Positions 19,526 to 29,606 of a DNA stretch of 64,000 nt are shown here, one piece after another. A program made the position numbers and the translations under genes. The notes below the pieces were generated by a model. That model was not told where the DNA came from and did not search any database. It saw only the letters and a program-made list of their open reading frames with translations. Each line of letters begins with the position of its first letter. Position 1 is the stretch's first letter. The DNA is taken from sequence record NC_062582.1; one strand, given 5' to 3'.

Positions 19526-21505
19526 ATGGTAATCGACACTAAACCAATTTGGTTGCGTCAAGCTTTCTTAGTTCCTGTCTCATTCAATCCAAAGTCATAC
19601 GGCTCTGCAACACGTCGTCGTTATGCTAACTCGGCTGCATTCAAATTTACTAACACGAGTCTTGGTGGTAGCTTTGCTATCAATATGTTACCACAGTACA
19701 CACGTTACGCTGACATCCGTCAACCGGGTAGAGGACGTAGTTATGAAGATCGATTCCAAGGTATGGGTCGATATTATTCAGAAGCACACGATGACACCAA
19801 ACAAGAAATCCACATGGCCTTTGGCGTGCCCCGCTTTAGTAGCTGGTCTGGATTCTTTACTAACTTCTTTGACCGCTATGCAGCATCTCTGGCTAACACC
19901 GGTAGTGGTAGCGATCTATGGTACAACTTGGGTAACACGGCTGGTCTATTGGTAACCTTACCATTGCAACCTTTTATCCTTGGACTTACAGGTACTGCAC
20001 GTATCTTAAGCTTTCTACAAAAGACACAACCTTCTAAATGGTTCTACTTTAAACCAACCATGCATAACTACTGGTCAGCAGTTAACACACTGGCTAACGA
20101 ATTTGCAATCGGTTTGGGGATTACTCCTTGGATGTGGGAAGACTCACAGAAACCTTTGGAAGATCCGGGTAACACAGTGGGTCCAAAAGAACTTGCTAAC
20201 ATGCACCGTATTTTCCCATCGTTCTTTAGGTCTGATGGTGGTGTGGACGTAATGGCTCTGGCTGGCGCTGCGCAGCGTCGTTCAGATGCTTCGGCAAAAT
20301 CCTTTAAGGCAATGTCCGAGAAAGCACGAACCATTGAACAACTGGCCGATGGTATTGACGCTTCTTTGAAAGAACTGGTAACCGATCCTAAACCGGGTAC
20401 AGATGCACGTACTTATTTCTTGGATTACATTAAAGTACAACAAGATAAAGTTACCGACCCGTCGGGTGTAATTGACTCTGCAAGCTTTAGTCAGTGGTCG
20501 GAACTCACAGGCATCTCTGACTTTGTAAACTCTGCACAACACGACGGTATGCAATTTGTAACCTTCCGTGCCGAGTACGCTGGCGAAGTATCTGAAAGCT
20601 TTAGTAGCCAAACAGGTGATGTGGGCGTAGCTTCTACACTTAATACAAAAGTAACTGAAGGACGATCCGCTTCGTTTAACTTCATGGGTGGTAACGTTAC
20701 TGAAGGCGTGGGCGCGGCTAAGGATGCTCTGAAGAGCGTGTTGGCTGGTGCTTTGGATTCTGTTAACTTGTCAGGTCTGGCTACACTGGCTGGTGCTGCA
20801 TTTGTAGATGTACCGGAATACTGGCAATCGTCCATGGCTTCTCTGCCAACGGCACAATACACATTCACACTGAAACCAACTTACGGTAATGTGATTTCTC
20901 GTTTCATGGAGATGTATATTCCACTGGCTATGTTGTTGCCTGCTGGTCTTCCATTGTCCGCTGGTCGTTCTGCGTATACCTCGCCGTTTATTTGTCAGAT
21001 CTTCCATAAAGGTCGAGTACAAAGACAGTTGGGTATTGTTGACTCCATTAACATCCGTCGCGGTACAGGTAACGTAGGTTGGGATGCTGAAGGTAACATG
21101 CTGGGATGTGAAGTTACTATCTCGGTTAAAGACCTTTCTAAGATCATGCACATTCCTATTAAAGGTGGTTTTGCTTCTCCTTCCTGGATTGGTACTGCCG
21201 GTCGTGCTGTTGCTGCACAGATTGGACAATCAAGTATGGGTGATGCTGGTATCGGTATTGCTTCCGCTATTACTAACGGCGCAGTATGGGATGAACAATC
21301 TCTGTTCAACGATTACGTTGCTACATTGTGTTCTCAAAGCTGGGCTGACTTGTATTACGCTGGTAAACGTTTGAACCTGAACCTTACTCGGGTAGCACAA
21401 GATTTCAAGAACTGGAAGTCACCTTCTAACTTCTTGAGCTGGGTATTGGATGGTACGATTCCACGTATTGCATCCGCAGTTGTACAAACAACTGACCGCT
21501 TCTAA
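19526..21505 (+). CDS. tail/baseplate structural protein (phiKZ gp182/SPN3US gp238-like)
   Basis: 659 aa immediately after the gp181-like gene; [26 protein letters not shown] motif. Confidence 0.7.
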   Translation: MVIDTKPIWLRQAFLVPVSFNPKSYGSATRRRYANSAAFKFTNTSLGGSFAINMLPQYTRYADIRQPGRGRSYEDRFQGMGRYYSEAHDDTKQEIHMAFGVPRFSSWSGFFTNFFDRYAASLANTGSGSDLWYNLGNTAGLLVTLPLQPFILGLTGTARILSFLQKTQPSKWFYFKPTMHNYWSAVNTLANEFAIGLGITPWMWEDSQKPLEDPGNTVGPKELANMHRIFPSFFRSDGGVDVMALAGAAQRRSDASAKSFKAMSEKARTIEQLADGIDASLKELVTDPKPGTDARTYFLDYIKVQQDKVTDPSGVIDSASFSQWSELTGISDFVNSAQHDGMQFVTFRAEYAGEVSESFSSQTGDVGVASTLNTKVTEGRSASFNFMGGNVTEGVGAAKDALKSVLAGALDSVNLSGLATLAGAAFVDVPEYWQSSMASLPTAQYTFTLKPTYGNVISRFMEMYIPLAMLLPAGLPLSAGRSAYTSPFICQIFHKGRVQRQLGIVDSINIRRGTGNVGWDAEGNMLGCEVTISVKDLSKIMHIPIKGGFASPSWIGTAGRAVAAQIGQSSMGDAGIGIASAITNGAVWDEQSLFNDYVATLCSQSWADLYYAGKRLNLNLTRVAQDFKNWKSPSNFLSWVLDGTIPRIASAVVQTTDRF

Positions 21506-21588
21506 TAAAACAAATACTCGGTTGGGAGATTATTTAGAGACACTACCGTCTTAACTAACCCCAATCGAAATTGTAAAAGGAAAATCCC

Positions 21589-21906
21589 ATGTCTATTATC
21601 CAAAAACTTGCTCTGCGTCTGCTGTCCCCTGAATCCCGTCGTGCTATCGTTGATGAAACTGTATACACCGATAAAGAAGCAATTGCTATTGCTATCCACG
21701 GTATCCTGTCATCGTATTCGAAGGTCGGCCCACGTACTGCTACTCAAGTCATCAGCACTTTGGTGCGCCATTCGGATGTTGTAGGTCAACTGAATACCAT
21801 GGCCGCTGATAAGAAAGCCCGTATCGCTATCACCGAACAATACGGTGAAATCAGTAAGACCGATCTGGCTGCACTGATCGCTCTGGGTCGTGCTTACAAC
21901 GCCTAA
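21589..21906 (+). CDS. hypothetical protein
   Basis: 105 aa; AAGGA RBS; strong phage codon usage. Confidence 0.7.
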   Translation: MSIIQKLALRLLSPESRRAIVDETVYTDKEAIAIAIHGILSSYSKVGPRTATQVISTLVRHSDVVGQLNTMAADKKARIAITEQYGEISKTDLAALIALGRAYNA

Positions 21907-21940
21907 TCATATTGCCTTCCTTCGGGAAGGCTTTATGCCG
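21904..21940 (+). repeat. 37-bp intergenic repeat, copy 1 (copy 2 at 61578-61614)
   Basis: TAATCATAtTGCCTTCCTTCGGGAAGGCTTTATGCCG; 36/37 identity by eye. Confidence 0.85.
21907..21940 (+). terminator. terminator of the hairpin-TTTATGCCG family
   Basis: GCCTTCC-TTCG-GGAAGGC followed by TTTATGCCG. Confidence 0.8.
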
Positions 21941-21970
21941 TCAATAGATTTTTTTCTAAATCTATATTAC
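21941..21970 (+). promoter_or_regulatory. putative early (vRNAP) promoter
   Basis: TCAATAGATTTTTTTCTAAATCTATATTAC; TATATTAC core matches the phiKZ early promoter consensus; motif recurs 5 times. Confidence 0.75.
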
Positions 21971-22008
21971 GTAGGTAGACTTAATCTATTATACAAAAGG
22001 TATTAACC

Positions 22009-22374
22009 ATGAATACTAAAGTATCTGATCTGATTTTTGAAAAACTAGAGAGTAGTCTTCTTAATTGGTGGGACTCACTGTTCCCTGGCGAACCAGAACC
22101 TACCTACAGTTCTGCTATGGAGAAATCCATTTACAACATGTGTAAGGAGTTTGCATACAAGGACAGTAGGAAGTTTATCTTTGAAGGTTTGCATAAAGCT
22201 TTTAAAGAAACAATCGAAGCTAACAAACGTACACCTGCGCGTATCCACCGTGAACTACGTCGGGTTATTTATCGTGACGTAGCTAAGATTGAAAATACCG
22301 AAGTACGCGATAATGTGATACTACAATATTCCCTGATCTACAACCTAAACCAAACTGAAGGAAATACCAAATGA
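22009..22374 (+). CDS. hypothetical protein
   Basis: 121 aa; first gene after the promoter. Confidence 0.7.
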   Translation: MNTKVSDLIFEKLESSLLNWWDSLFPGEPEPTYSSAMEKSIYNMCKEFAYKDSRKFIFEGLHKAFKETIEANKRTPARIHRELRRVIYRDVAKIENTEVRDNVILQYSLIYNLNQTEGNTK

Positions 22375-22883
22375 AAAATCTCATCATGCGTTTGATTGTA
22401 AAACTGTTCGGTCTGCAATACGTTAACTACTTCGTTAAGTTTGAACAAACTGATGAAGAGCGTACCAAAGAAGCAATGGATTACTTGATCAGCGAAGGTT
22501 CACATTTCCGTGTACTGCCTGAGAACTACGAAGCGTTCTATAAAGAACTCATTACGGGTTCTAAAGAAGATAAGGTATGGCGTTCGGTATTGTTCCGTAA
22601 AGCTCTTGATACCGTCTCTAAAGAAGAGTCGTATCAACTCGCTGCACACATTCTGTTGGCACCTTACGCACAAGGTACCAGCGATTGGCCAGAACAGATC
22701 TTCTTTAAAGCTAACCAGCTGGCAGCTAATAAGTTGGTTGTTCCAGTTCCGATGCTGGGTTACGTAAAGATCCTGACCGAGGCATTGATTGAAGTATGTC
22801 CAGCACTTCCTATCGACGTGGCACGTGCCGTAGCGTTCAGTGTTTACCACACTAACAAATTCTTTAAAGGGGTTAAATCTTGA
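22371..22883 (+). CDS. hypothetical protein
   Basis: 170 aa; ATGA overlap. Confidence 0.7.
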   Translation: MKNLIMRLIVKLFGLQYVNYFVKFEQTDEERTKEAMDYLISEGSHFRVLPENYEAFYKELITGSKEDKVWRSVLFRKALDTVSKEESYQLAAHILLAPYAQGTSDWPEQIFFKANQLAANKLVVPVPMLGYVKILTEALIEVCPALPIDVARAVAFSVYHTNKFFKGVKS

Positions 22884-23332
22884 AACGATTCGTACTTTGG
22901 TTCATCACTAAGTACTTGAGCAGTTCGGATATCGTAGACGCTCTGTTGGATCGATGGCCTGCTAAAGACCAAGCTAATTTCTACCTGCGGGGTCTTTTCA
23001 TTAAGTACCGAAACTCTCCTGCTGATGTACGTGAAGTTATTCTACGGGCTTTAAACGATTACAATTTTCATGATACCCCATTGAAGCCAATTCATTATGA
23101 GGTAATGATTAAACGTATATTGACTACTGCCCAACCTTTTACATCTCCTAGTACTTTAGTGAACGCTTTGGTATGGGACGCACAAATTGGGCGTAATGCT
23201 AATCTCAACTATATCAAATACAACGCGTACTTGACTAATGTTGTGAGAAAAACCCTGGGTGTTCTTTCGACCACCGACGTACAATTGATTGTAGCCCTCC
23301 TGAAAAAGCGAGTAGAAAATGAATGCGAGTGA
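22880..23332 (+). CDS. hypothetical protein
   Basis: 150 aa; TTGA overlap; AAGGGG RBS. Confidence 0.65.
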   Translation: MKRFVLWFITKYLSSSDIVDALLDRWPAKDQANFYLRGLFIKYRNSPADVREVILRALNDYNFHDTPLKPIHYEVMIKRILTTAQPFTSPSTLVNALVWDAQIGRNANLNYIKYNAYLTNVVRKTLGVLSTTDVQLIVALLKKRVENECE

Positions 23333-23930
23333 AGTAGCCCTGAACTGGGCAAAGGGTCTTGAAGAACATCAAGACGGTGTAGCACAGCACGTAGATGCAA
23401 AAGAAGTTAAAGCCCACATTGATATCGATGATGTAGATAAGAACGATATCAGCGATGTTGAAGATACCGAAACCAAGAACATCAAAGATGGTGGTGACGA
23501 CGTTAAAGTAGCAGCTGGTGATAAAGACATCTCGGTTGAAGACTTTGATACAACTACCAGCTCTGCCAATGGCGGCGGTAAAGAGATCGATGCACTGGCT
23601 ATTGATGAAGCTACTGGTCTACCACGTCGTTACGTTATCAGCGGGTTTAATGCTGCTAACAACTCGGCACTGGAAGAAGGTGATAATGCAACCCAACTGG
23701 CAATCGTATTGCAGAACGGTACTATCCCTGAAGCGGGTTTGAATGGTGTCACGGCTGAAGACCTGTTGAAAGTATGTCGCGAGATCTTTACCTGTTATCA
23801 GGAATCGAAGTTTGCTTGCGAAGAAAACGCTGAAGCCTTGGAACACATTAATGGTGCTCTGGCTGCTCAAGCTAAACGTATGGAACGTCGTGCTAAAGAG
23901 GGTACCGAAGGTACTCACGAAGGCAACTGA
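23319..23930 (+). CDS. tad1: Tad1-like anti-defence sponge protein with acidic N-terminal extension
   Basis: C-terminal about 115 aa (RRYVISG..IVLQNG..NGVTAEDLL..YQESKFACEENAEALEH..KRMERRAKEGTEGT) matches the Tad1 pattern (HEYVIKS..IKFQKG..HGVIDSDLL..FQAGPFSSRENACALTH..RRVEDRIERNVLGT) as recalled from memory. Confidence 0.75.
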   Translation: MNASEVALNWAKGLEEHQDGVAQHVDAKEVKAHIDIDDVDKNDISDVEDTETKNIKDGGDDVKVAAGDKDISVEDFDTTTSSANGGGKEIDALAIDEATGLPRRYVISGFNAANNSALEEGDNATQLAIVLQNGTIPEAGLNGVTAEDLLKVCREIFTCYQESKFACEENAEALEHINGALAAQAKRMERRAKEGTEGTHEGN

Positions 23931-23963
23931 CATAAGCCCCCTCCTGCGGGAGGGGATTTATTT
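23931..23963 (+). terminator. intrinsic terminator
   Basis: CCCCTCC-TGCG-GGAGGGG followed by ATTTATTT. Confidence 0.7.
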
Positions 23964-23977
23964 CGCGAGGGTTAATC

Positions 23978-24331
23978 ATGACAAACACAACGGAAGAATA
24001 TAGCTTCCCAGTGCCAGACTTCTTTGAGTCCTTTGAAGAACTTACAATCTCCAAGATCCTAAAACGGTTGAACAACTTTGATACCAGTTTCCTGCAAGTT
24101 GATCAGATTACTGGCGCAGAGCAGATTACTGTAAAGCATATGTACGCAATTACAGATAATGCAATTGTTGGTCGCAAGGTTATCTTTAGTATGCCTGGCC
24201 GTATGGAAACTCCAGCTCAAGAAGAACTTAAAAAGATGGCAGTTGCTGCCGGTTGGAATTGGCTTACCATCACCGAGCATTCGTTTGGGTTCAATAGTTA
24301 CACCAAGTTCTATCTGAGTCGAAAGTTTTAA
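23978..24331 (+). CDS. hypothetical protein
   Basis: 117 aa; GAGG RBS. Confidence 0.7.
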   Translation: MTNTTEEYSFPVPDFFESFEELTISKILKRLNNFDTSFLQVDQITGAEQITVKHMYAITDNAIVGRKVIFSMPGRMETPAQEELKKMAVAAGWNWLTITEHSFGFNSYTKFYLSRKF

Positions 24332-24361
24332 TCAATAGATTTTATTTGAAATCTATATTAC
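24332..24361 (+). promoter_or_regulatory. putative early promoter
   Basis: TCAATAGATTTTATTTGAAATCTATATTAC. Confidence 0.75.
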
Positions 24362-24376
24362 TAAGGTGTAATTAAA

Positions 24377-24655
24377 ATGTACGATAAGGTTTCAATCCTG
24401 AAACAAGTCAATGTAACTGCATCTAATTCAACCTCCCCTATTGGAGAAGCTCCTGATCTTAAAGGAATCTCAGTAGGTGAGTTAATTGCTGCCGCGCGAG
24501 CACGTAGTAATAACACCGCTGTCGCACAGTTAGTTGACTGGGCAAGTAAGTTCCCACCATCAAAACGCCGTTCTTTGTATCGTCGTGCTACTGCACCAAT
24601 CCGTCGTCAATGGCATCGGATTAAAGCGACCTACAACTATTGGAAAAACTACTAA
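24377..24655 (+). CDS. hypothetical protein
   Basis: 92 aa; basic C-terminus. Confidence 0.65.
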   Translation: MYDKVSILKQVNVTASNSTSPIGEAPDLKGISVGELIAAARARSNNTAVAQLVDWASKFPPSKRRSLYRRATAPIRRQWHRIKATYNYWKNY

Positions 24656-24663
24656 GGTGAATT

Positions 24664-25611
24664 ATGCCTACTAAACATCAAGTTGACTATTCTAAATTTG
24701 ACGGGTTATCGACTGAAACTCTCGAAGAGTTGTGTAAAAACGCACAGCGTACATTGGCTAAACGGCATAGAGAAGTTAAGCTGTCCCGTGCTATAGAACC
24801 ATTCGATAGTACTAAGCAACGCTACAGTGAACTGGTTGAGCGATTCGGAGAACCAGAGAAAGTTGCCGCATCTGTTGAGCAAGGAAGTATCCTCGAACAC
24901 ACCCTAATTAAGAAAACTGAAGAGAGCCCAAAAGAAATGGTACATCATGTACGTCCTTCCCCGTTGACATCTCCTGCCACCGGCCCAATTCCGATTATTC
25001 CGGTATTGACACATGGCACAGAAGAATTTTTCGTTGATAAAGGTGACATCAGCTACGTAAAACATAGTCGTGGTGTAAGTTATCAGACTGGTCCACTGGT
25101 TGTAGGTAAAGCTATTAATCTTTACGGGCTGTCTCAAGCTAATGACTTTATTGCCGCCGGTGACCTTGACATAGCTAGTACTGTTTCACCCGACGCATCA
25201 CTGTCCGCAATTTACATTAACGTTCGCGGTAGTGTACTGCGTTATGACATTAGTGGTTGGGACGAAACTGCCGGTGTTGCAATGGTGGCTGGTAGCGAAC
25301 GTGGTCTGAACTTCTTGTTCCGTACCGATCGATTCATCATTGGTGAAAGTTCCCGCGATGTTTACGGCGTAGCTCCAGACTGGGTTCGCCAACTGCACCT
25401 CGCCGATCTCGCCATTAGTCTTCGTGTCAATTTCTCAGGTTCTCTGCAAACAACCAGAGGCACTGTTGAGTTTGGTACTGGAAAAGTCGAAGTCTTGACC
25501 GTAGATGTTTTCAATACGAGTACAAGTGAAAAACTAAAGTCAGTAGTAGGTTCTCTGTTCGATGATATCAGTATCGTTGGCTATGAACTTGATGCTACTT
25601 TCACTAACTAA
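24664..25611 (+). CDS. protein containing a major-capsid-protein-like internal domain
   Basis: From about aa 110: IIPV..FFVD..TGPLVVGKAINLYGLSQ..LSAIYINV..GYELDATFTN resembles the central segment of phiKZ gp120-type capsid proteins. Confidence 0.6.
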   Translation: MPTKHQVDYSKFDGLSTETLEELCKNAQRTLAKRHREVKLSRAIEPFDSTKQRYSELVERFGEPEKVAASVEQGSILEHTLIKKTEESPKEMVHHVRPSPLTSPATGPIPIIPVLTHGTEEFFVDKGDISYVKHSRGVSYQTGPLVVGKAINLYGLSQANDFIAAGDLDIASTVSPDASLSAIYINVRGSVLRYDISGWDETAGVAMVAGSERGLNFLFRTDRFIIGESSRDVYGVAPDWVRQLHLADLAISLRVNFSGSLQTTRGTVEFGTGKVEVLTVDVFNTSTSEKLKSVVGSLFDDISIVGYELDATFTN

Positions 25612-25645
25612 TAAACCCCACTCATTTAAATAGGAATATAACACC

Positions 25646-26056
25646 ATGGCTAAAGATCTCAAATCTATCGATTTCGCAACTACCCACAACCTGCGTGAAT
25701 TCACCCAGCTGAACGAAGCGAACAGCTTTGACATTCCAGCAGACCTGTATGCAGACGTAGTTCTGAAACAGTGTGATATCACTCCAGAGCAACTGAAAAA
25801 GAAAGAACGTCTTGATGGCGAGTTCCTTTCTGCAATGGTTCTGGTTGGTGGTGAAGCAGCTGCCGAACGTATGAAAGAAAACAAAGATCTGTCCGAGATC
25901 GGTTTGACTTTCCCAATGGGTTCCGCTGTAACTGCTGATGTTGTATTCGGTCGTGGTGCACGTACTGTGGTACATGTTAATCACAAGACTGCAACCGCTG
26001 AAATGAAGCGTGTACTGTCTCACGTCGATGGCCTGTTCGACGACATTAGTTCGTAA
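25646..26056 (+). CDS. conserved jumbo-phage hypothetical protein
   Basis: 136 aa; strongly biased (high-expression) codons; AGGA RBS. Confidence 0.7.
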   Translation: MAKDLKSIDFATTHNLREFTQLNEANSFDIPADLYADVVLKQCDITPEQLKKKERLDGEFLSAMVLVGGEAAAERMKENKDLSEIGLTFPMGSAVTADVVFGRGARTVVHVNHKTATAEMKRVLSHVDGLFDDISS

Positions 26057-26065
26057 GGGGGTTGA

Positions 26066-26428
26066 ATGGGTCTCGACGTTAGTTTCTACAGCGCCCCGAA
26101 AGAAGATGTCGCTAAGGTAGTGTCGGATGACGCTACCATTGACTACTGGGATATCCATCACGCATGCAGTGATGTTTATTACGCACGTAAGCCCTGGCAA
26201 GTTCAAAGTACATTAGATGAAATGTTTGGTGGTCATTGTCACCAAACAACTTACTACGTACTTTCCAAACTGAATGCCTACCATCTGCTGCATCGTATCG
26301 AATCGGAAAATTGGACCGGCTACTGGTATAACGCCGGGCGCCGTCAAGAGTTCATTAAAGGTTTCCGTGAAGCTTTGAACAACTTTGATTTCGATAAAAA
26401 CGAACTTCTCTATTGCTGGGTATCTTAA
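26066..26428 (+). CDS. hypothetical protein (MGLD...YxRK phage family)
   Basis: 120 aa; MGLDV N-terminus and YARKPWQV motif. Confidence 0.65.
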   Translation: MGLDVSFYSAPKEDVAKVVSDDATIDYWDIHHACSDVYYARKPWQVQSTLDEMFGGHCHQTTYYVLSKLNAYHLLHRIESENWTGYWYNAGRRQEFIKGFREALNNFDFDKNELLYCWVS

Positions 26429-26778
26429 TGACAGAAATTAGTCAAGTAGAAGATCAACGAGATATTCGTAAAGAATTTGTTGACGAAATCACCGCGATCT
26501 CAAAAGAACGCCGAGACATTACACTGTACAATCATTTTCGTCAATTCGATGATAAGGAACCTAAACGTAACACTGCTGCCGAGGCCCTGTATATGGCTGG
26601 TGTAAGTGATGCCATTAGTTCTATCATTAGTATTACGGATGATCGTGAATTGAATGGAGCTAAATGGCGACTAACTACAAAAGAAGGTGATGTCGTACCG
26701 TTCTGTAATCCAAAAGATACCAGTTATCTTGAAACACCCGGATTAATCGCTTTGTTCCATGAGTCGATTAGTTCGTAA
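26428..26778 (+). CDS. hypothetical protein
   Basis: TAATG overlap; start moved to MTEISQ. Confidence 0.65.
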   Translation: MTEISQVEDQRDIRKEFVDEITAISKERRDITLYNHFRQFDDKEPKRNTAAEALYMAGVSDAISSIISITDDRELNGAKWRLTTKEGDVVPFCNPKDTSYLETPGLIALFHESISS

Positions 26779-26801
26779 TAAAATACGTAGTTAGGTAATT
26801 G

Positions 26802-26832
26802 TGTAGGAGTTCCGCAAGGGCTCCTACATTCT
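26802..26832 (+). terminator. intrinsic terminator-like hairpin
   Basis: TGTAGGAG.TCC-GCAA-GGG.CTCCTACA. Confidence 0.65.
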
Positions 26833-26866
26833 TACTAAAAAATTTGTTTAATTCAAAAGGTAAAAC

Positions 26867-27967
26867 ATGTCTGTAACCGATCGTAATTTCATCGTATTCG
26901 AAGGTCCGGATTTCTCCGGTAAATCTACACTGCATAAAGCTGTAGTTGCTCGTCTCCAGTCAGAAGGTATTGAACCAGTTACTCTGCGTGAACCCGGTGG
27001 TACTGAGCTGGGTGAACGTCTTCGTAAAGTCATTCTGTCTGACTATAATGAAACCGTACACCCTGAGACAGATATCTTGCTGCACACCGCTTATCGCGTA
27101 CAGAACGTTCGTGAGATCATTGCTCCTGCATTGAAAGCTGGTAAGTGGGTTGTTACAGATCGCTTCATGTATTCTACTTGGTGTTTGAATGTACAGGCAC
27201 ATCTGGACACCCATCCGCACTTGCCTAATCTGTTCATGTCGTTGATGCCAGTTGTTACTGGTGGTCAAATCCCTGAACCAGTTGTATTCCTGGTTGACAC
27301 TCCAAAAGAAGTTCGTCTTGAACGTGCTCGCCAACGTGCCCTTGAAGAAGGCGGTTTGGATCGCATGGAGAAACTACCGGCTGATGTACAGAACCGTATT
27401 GATGCATCGTACGAACAACTGAGTGGTGCGCCATCTACTATCGTGTTGAATGGTAGCCTGCCTCTCGAAGAACAAGTTGACTTTGTAATTAATGCAATGG
27501 CCGAACACCGTCAGCGCATTCAAGACATGGCTGATGATGAAGCCAAACGCAAAGAAGAACTATTGGCCGTAACTGAAGGACGTAAGAAACATGACGAAAT
27601 CGCAGAAGAGCAAATCCCTGCCGAGCCACCTAGTGACATTAACCCGGTCGAAGCTGAGTTCGATCTCGAAGTATCCTTGGTCCGCTACGCTGAAGAAAAC
27701 ATCGTTGACGCTTTGTTCGATGAAGTCCCAACTGCCGACCTTGAACGAGTTAAAGCGCATTATAAAGAAGTAGCTATCGACATCGTTCGCGATATCTTCC
27801 ATCACACTGGTGGTGACAAAACTATCTTTATGGGTAGTCGTGTAGGTCAACTGAACCAGAAGATTCACTCGCTACTTCACTTTGGTCATAAACTCATTGT
27901 TCGTAATGAAATGCTAGCAGCCAAGAAAGCTGCCGGGGTTGGTGCTGATGAAAGTCTGTCAAGCTGA
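26867..27967 (+). CDS. tmk: thymidylate kinase with C-terminal extension
   Basis: FEGPDFSGKST P-loop, REPGGT, TDRF, RLERARQR lid, DRME; about 150 extra C-terminal residues. Confidence 0.9.
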   Translation: MSVTDRNFIVFEGPDFSGKSTLHKAVVARLQSEGIEPVTLREPGGTELGERLRKVILSDYNETVHPETDILLHTAYRVQNVREIIAPALKAGKWVVTDRFMYSTWCLNVQAHLDTHPHLPNLFMSLMPVVTGGQIPEPVVFLVDTPKEVRLERARQRALEEGGLDRMEKLPADVQNRIDASYEQLSGAPSTIVLNGSLPLEEQVDFVINAMAEHRQRIQDMADDEAKRKEELLAVTEGRKKHDEIAEEQIPAEPPSDINPVEAEFDLEVSLVRYAEENIVDALFDEVPTADLERVKAHYKEVAIDIVRDIFHHTGGDKTIFMGSRVGQLNQKIHSLLHFGHKLIVRNEMLAAKKAAGVGADESLSS

Positions 27968-28142
27968 TCTCTGGAAATATCAAGGTTGTGAGTTTAGTGC
28001 TCAAATCGGCGAATCAAAAGTTCGAGTCATTCTTAAGTCAGTTAATAAAAAGAATGTGAACATTTCAAACTACCATCACCCGGCATACGTCTTCCAAATG
28101 AAAATGAAATCTTTTCTGGATGAATTTAAACTGGTGGTCTAA
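27948..28142 (+). CDS. hypothetical protein
   Basis: About 64 aa; fills the gap before the terminator. Confidence 0.5.
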   Translation: MKVCQADLWKYQGCEFSAQIGESKVRVILKSVNKKNVNISNYHHPAYVFQMKMKSFLDEFKLVV

Positions 28143-28144
28143 AA

Positions 28145-28171
28145 GGTCCCTCCTTCGGGAGGGGCTTTATT
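28145..28171 (+). terminator. intrinsic terminator
   Basis: CCCTCC-TTCG-GGAGGG followed by GCTTTATT. Confidence 0.75.
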
Positions 28172-28178
28172 ACGTGGA

Positions 28179-28868
28179 GTGAAAATGAGTAAGATCAATC
28201 TACAGGAACTGCGCTTTAAACTTAAAGACAGTGAGTACTACACAAGTACCAAATGGATCGAGATTAGTGGGGTACGTTGTTTTGTACATCCTAAGTCTCC
28301 AGGTGGTTGGCGACGTGTTATGAAGCTGAAGGATTCTGAAGGTGGTGGACCTGAATGGATTATCTACTATGCACATGATGAGATGTTGTTTGATTACAAG
28401 TCTGCTCTTGTAAGTGCTCAGTCTTATTTCAAAGCCGGTAAGGTTAAGAATGTGGATCTCGAACCAGATGTCATTTATGTCGATCCCAGCAACACACTGG
28501 AATTTGAAGTTAGTACAAGTAAATGGTCTGCTGTTAGAGATGTCGTATCGAAACAACAAGCATTCGCTGTACCGAAGCTACAGACGCTTGAAACAGTAAT
28601 GTCACAAAGGGCTAAGGATATTTATAAGAAAGCCTTAGAAGACATTACAGCTACCTTGCTGGATACAAATGCTTGGACCTATGACTTAAAACGGTTGACC
28701 TCAACAAAGATGTATGCTGCCGCACAAGTTGATCTTACAGATATCTCCGAACCAGAAGGTTATCTGGTGTTGAAAGCAATCAAGTCTTTCTTTGAACCAA
28801 GTGCTGATCAAATCACTTACAAACTGGCTGGTACCAAAGGTACTCTTCTCTTTATCATCGAGGTTTAA
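28179..28868 (+). CDS. hypothetical protein
   Basis: 229 aa; start GTG 28179 or ATG 28185. Confidence 0.7.
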   Translation: MKMSKINLQELRFKLKDSEYYTSTKWIEISGVRCFVHPKSPGGWRRVMKLKDSEGGGPEWIIYYAHDEMLFDYKSALVSAQSYFKAGKVKNVDLEPDVIYVDPSNTLEFEVSTSKWSAVRDVVSKQQAFAVPKLQTLETVMSQRAKDIYKKALEDITATLLDTNAWTYDLKRLTSTKMYAAAQVDLTDISEPEGYLVLKAIKSFFEPSADQITYKLAGTKGTLLFIIEV

Positions 28869-28869
28869 A

Positions 28870-29556
28870 ATGTCTAACGGTACTAACAACAAGTCTATCA
28901 AAACTCGTGTAAATGTTATCCTTGCACGTCTGCGCGATAATGCGAAACCAGGAGCAAAACGGATCTACCGTAATTACCTGGAACAGACAACTGATCTTAC
29001 CTTGACACAACACACTCCTGACCGTTTCTCCATCATTATGTTTGATTGGGTAAACGATACTGGTTTTAAAGTGATGTTGATCAACAATAAGATCGAATGG
29101 ATTAGTATTCGTGATACCACTGGTTTGGAAATCACTGGAGATAATTGTGTAGGTCGTACGACGTGGTTCTTTGACATTATTGACAAGCTACAAGAAGCTG
29201 CAACACCTCGTGGTCAATTGCGTGAAGCATTGGAGAATGTACGTGAACACCTTCGCCTAAATTCTAAAGGTACATCTGATCGTGTGACCAAGACCGTATA
29301 CTTGGATGCAGGTCAACGTGATATGTATCGTGCGTGGGTTACTAAAGGTGGCGACATCCTAGTTCTTTCCTTTGGTTGCAAACGGGAAGTGTATTTAAGT
29401 TTGACCAAGAAAGAATTCAGTGTAAGTTATGAACTGGAACAACCGGGTGGAGGTTATCTGGAATACGATGACAAACAAGCTTGTGTAAAGTCCATCAAAC
29501 TGTTGAAGGATTTGTTCCCTCGTGCCTTTCAGGAAAAAGGTATCCGGGTAGCCTAA
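28870..29556 (+). CDS. hypothetical protein
   Basis: GAGGT RBS before ATG 28870. Confidence 0.7.
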   Translation: MSNGTNNKSIKTRVNVILARLRDNAKPGAKRIYRNYLEQTTDLTLTQHTPDRFSIIMFDWVNDTGFKVMLINNKIEWISIRDTTGLEITGDNCVGRTTWFFDIIDKLQEAATPRGQLREALENVREHLRLNSKGTSDRVTKTVYLDAGQRDMYRAWVTKGGDILVLSFGCKREVYLSLTKKEFSVSYELEQPGGGYLEYDDKQACVKSIKLLKDLFPRAFQEKGIRVA

Positions 29557-29606
29557 TGTAATAGGGACACTAACGTCCTATTTTAATTTTAGAGGAAAAG
29601 TAAAAC

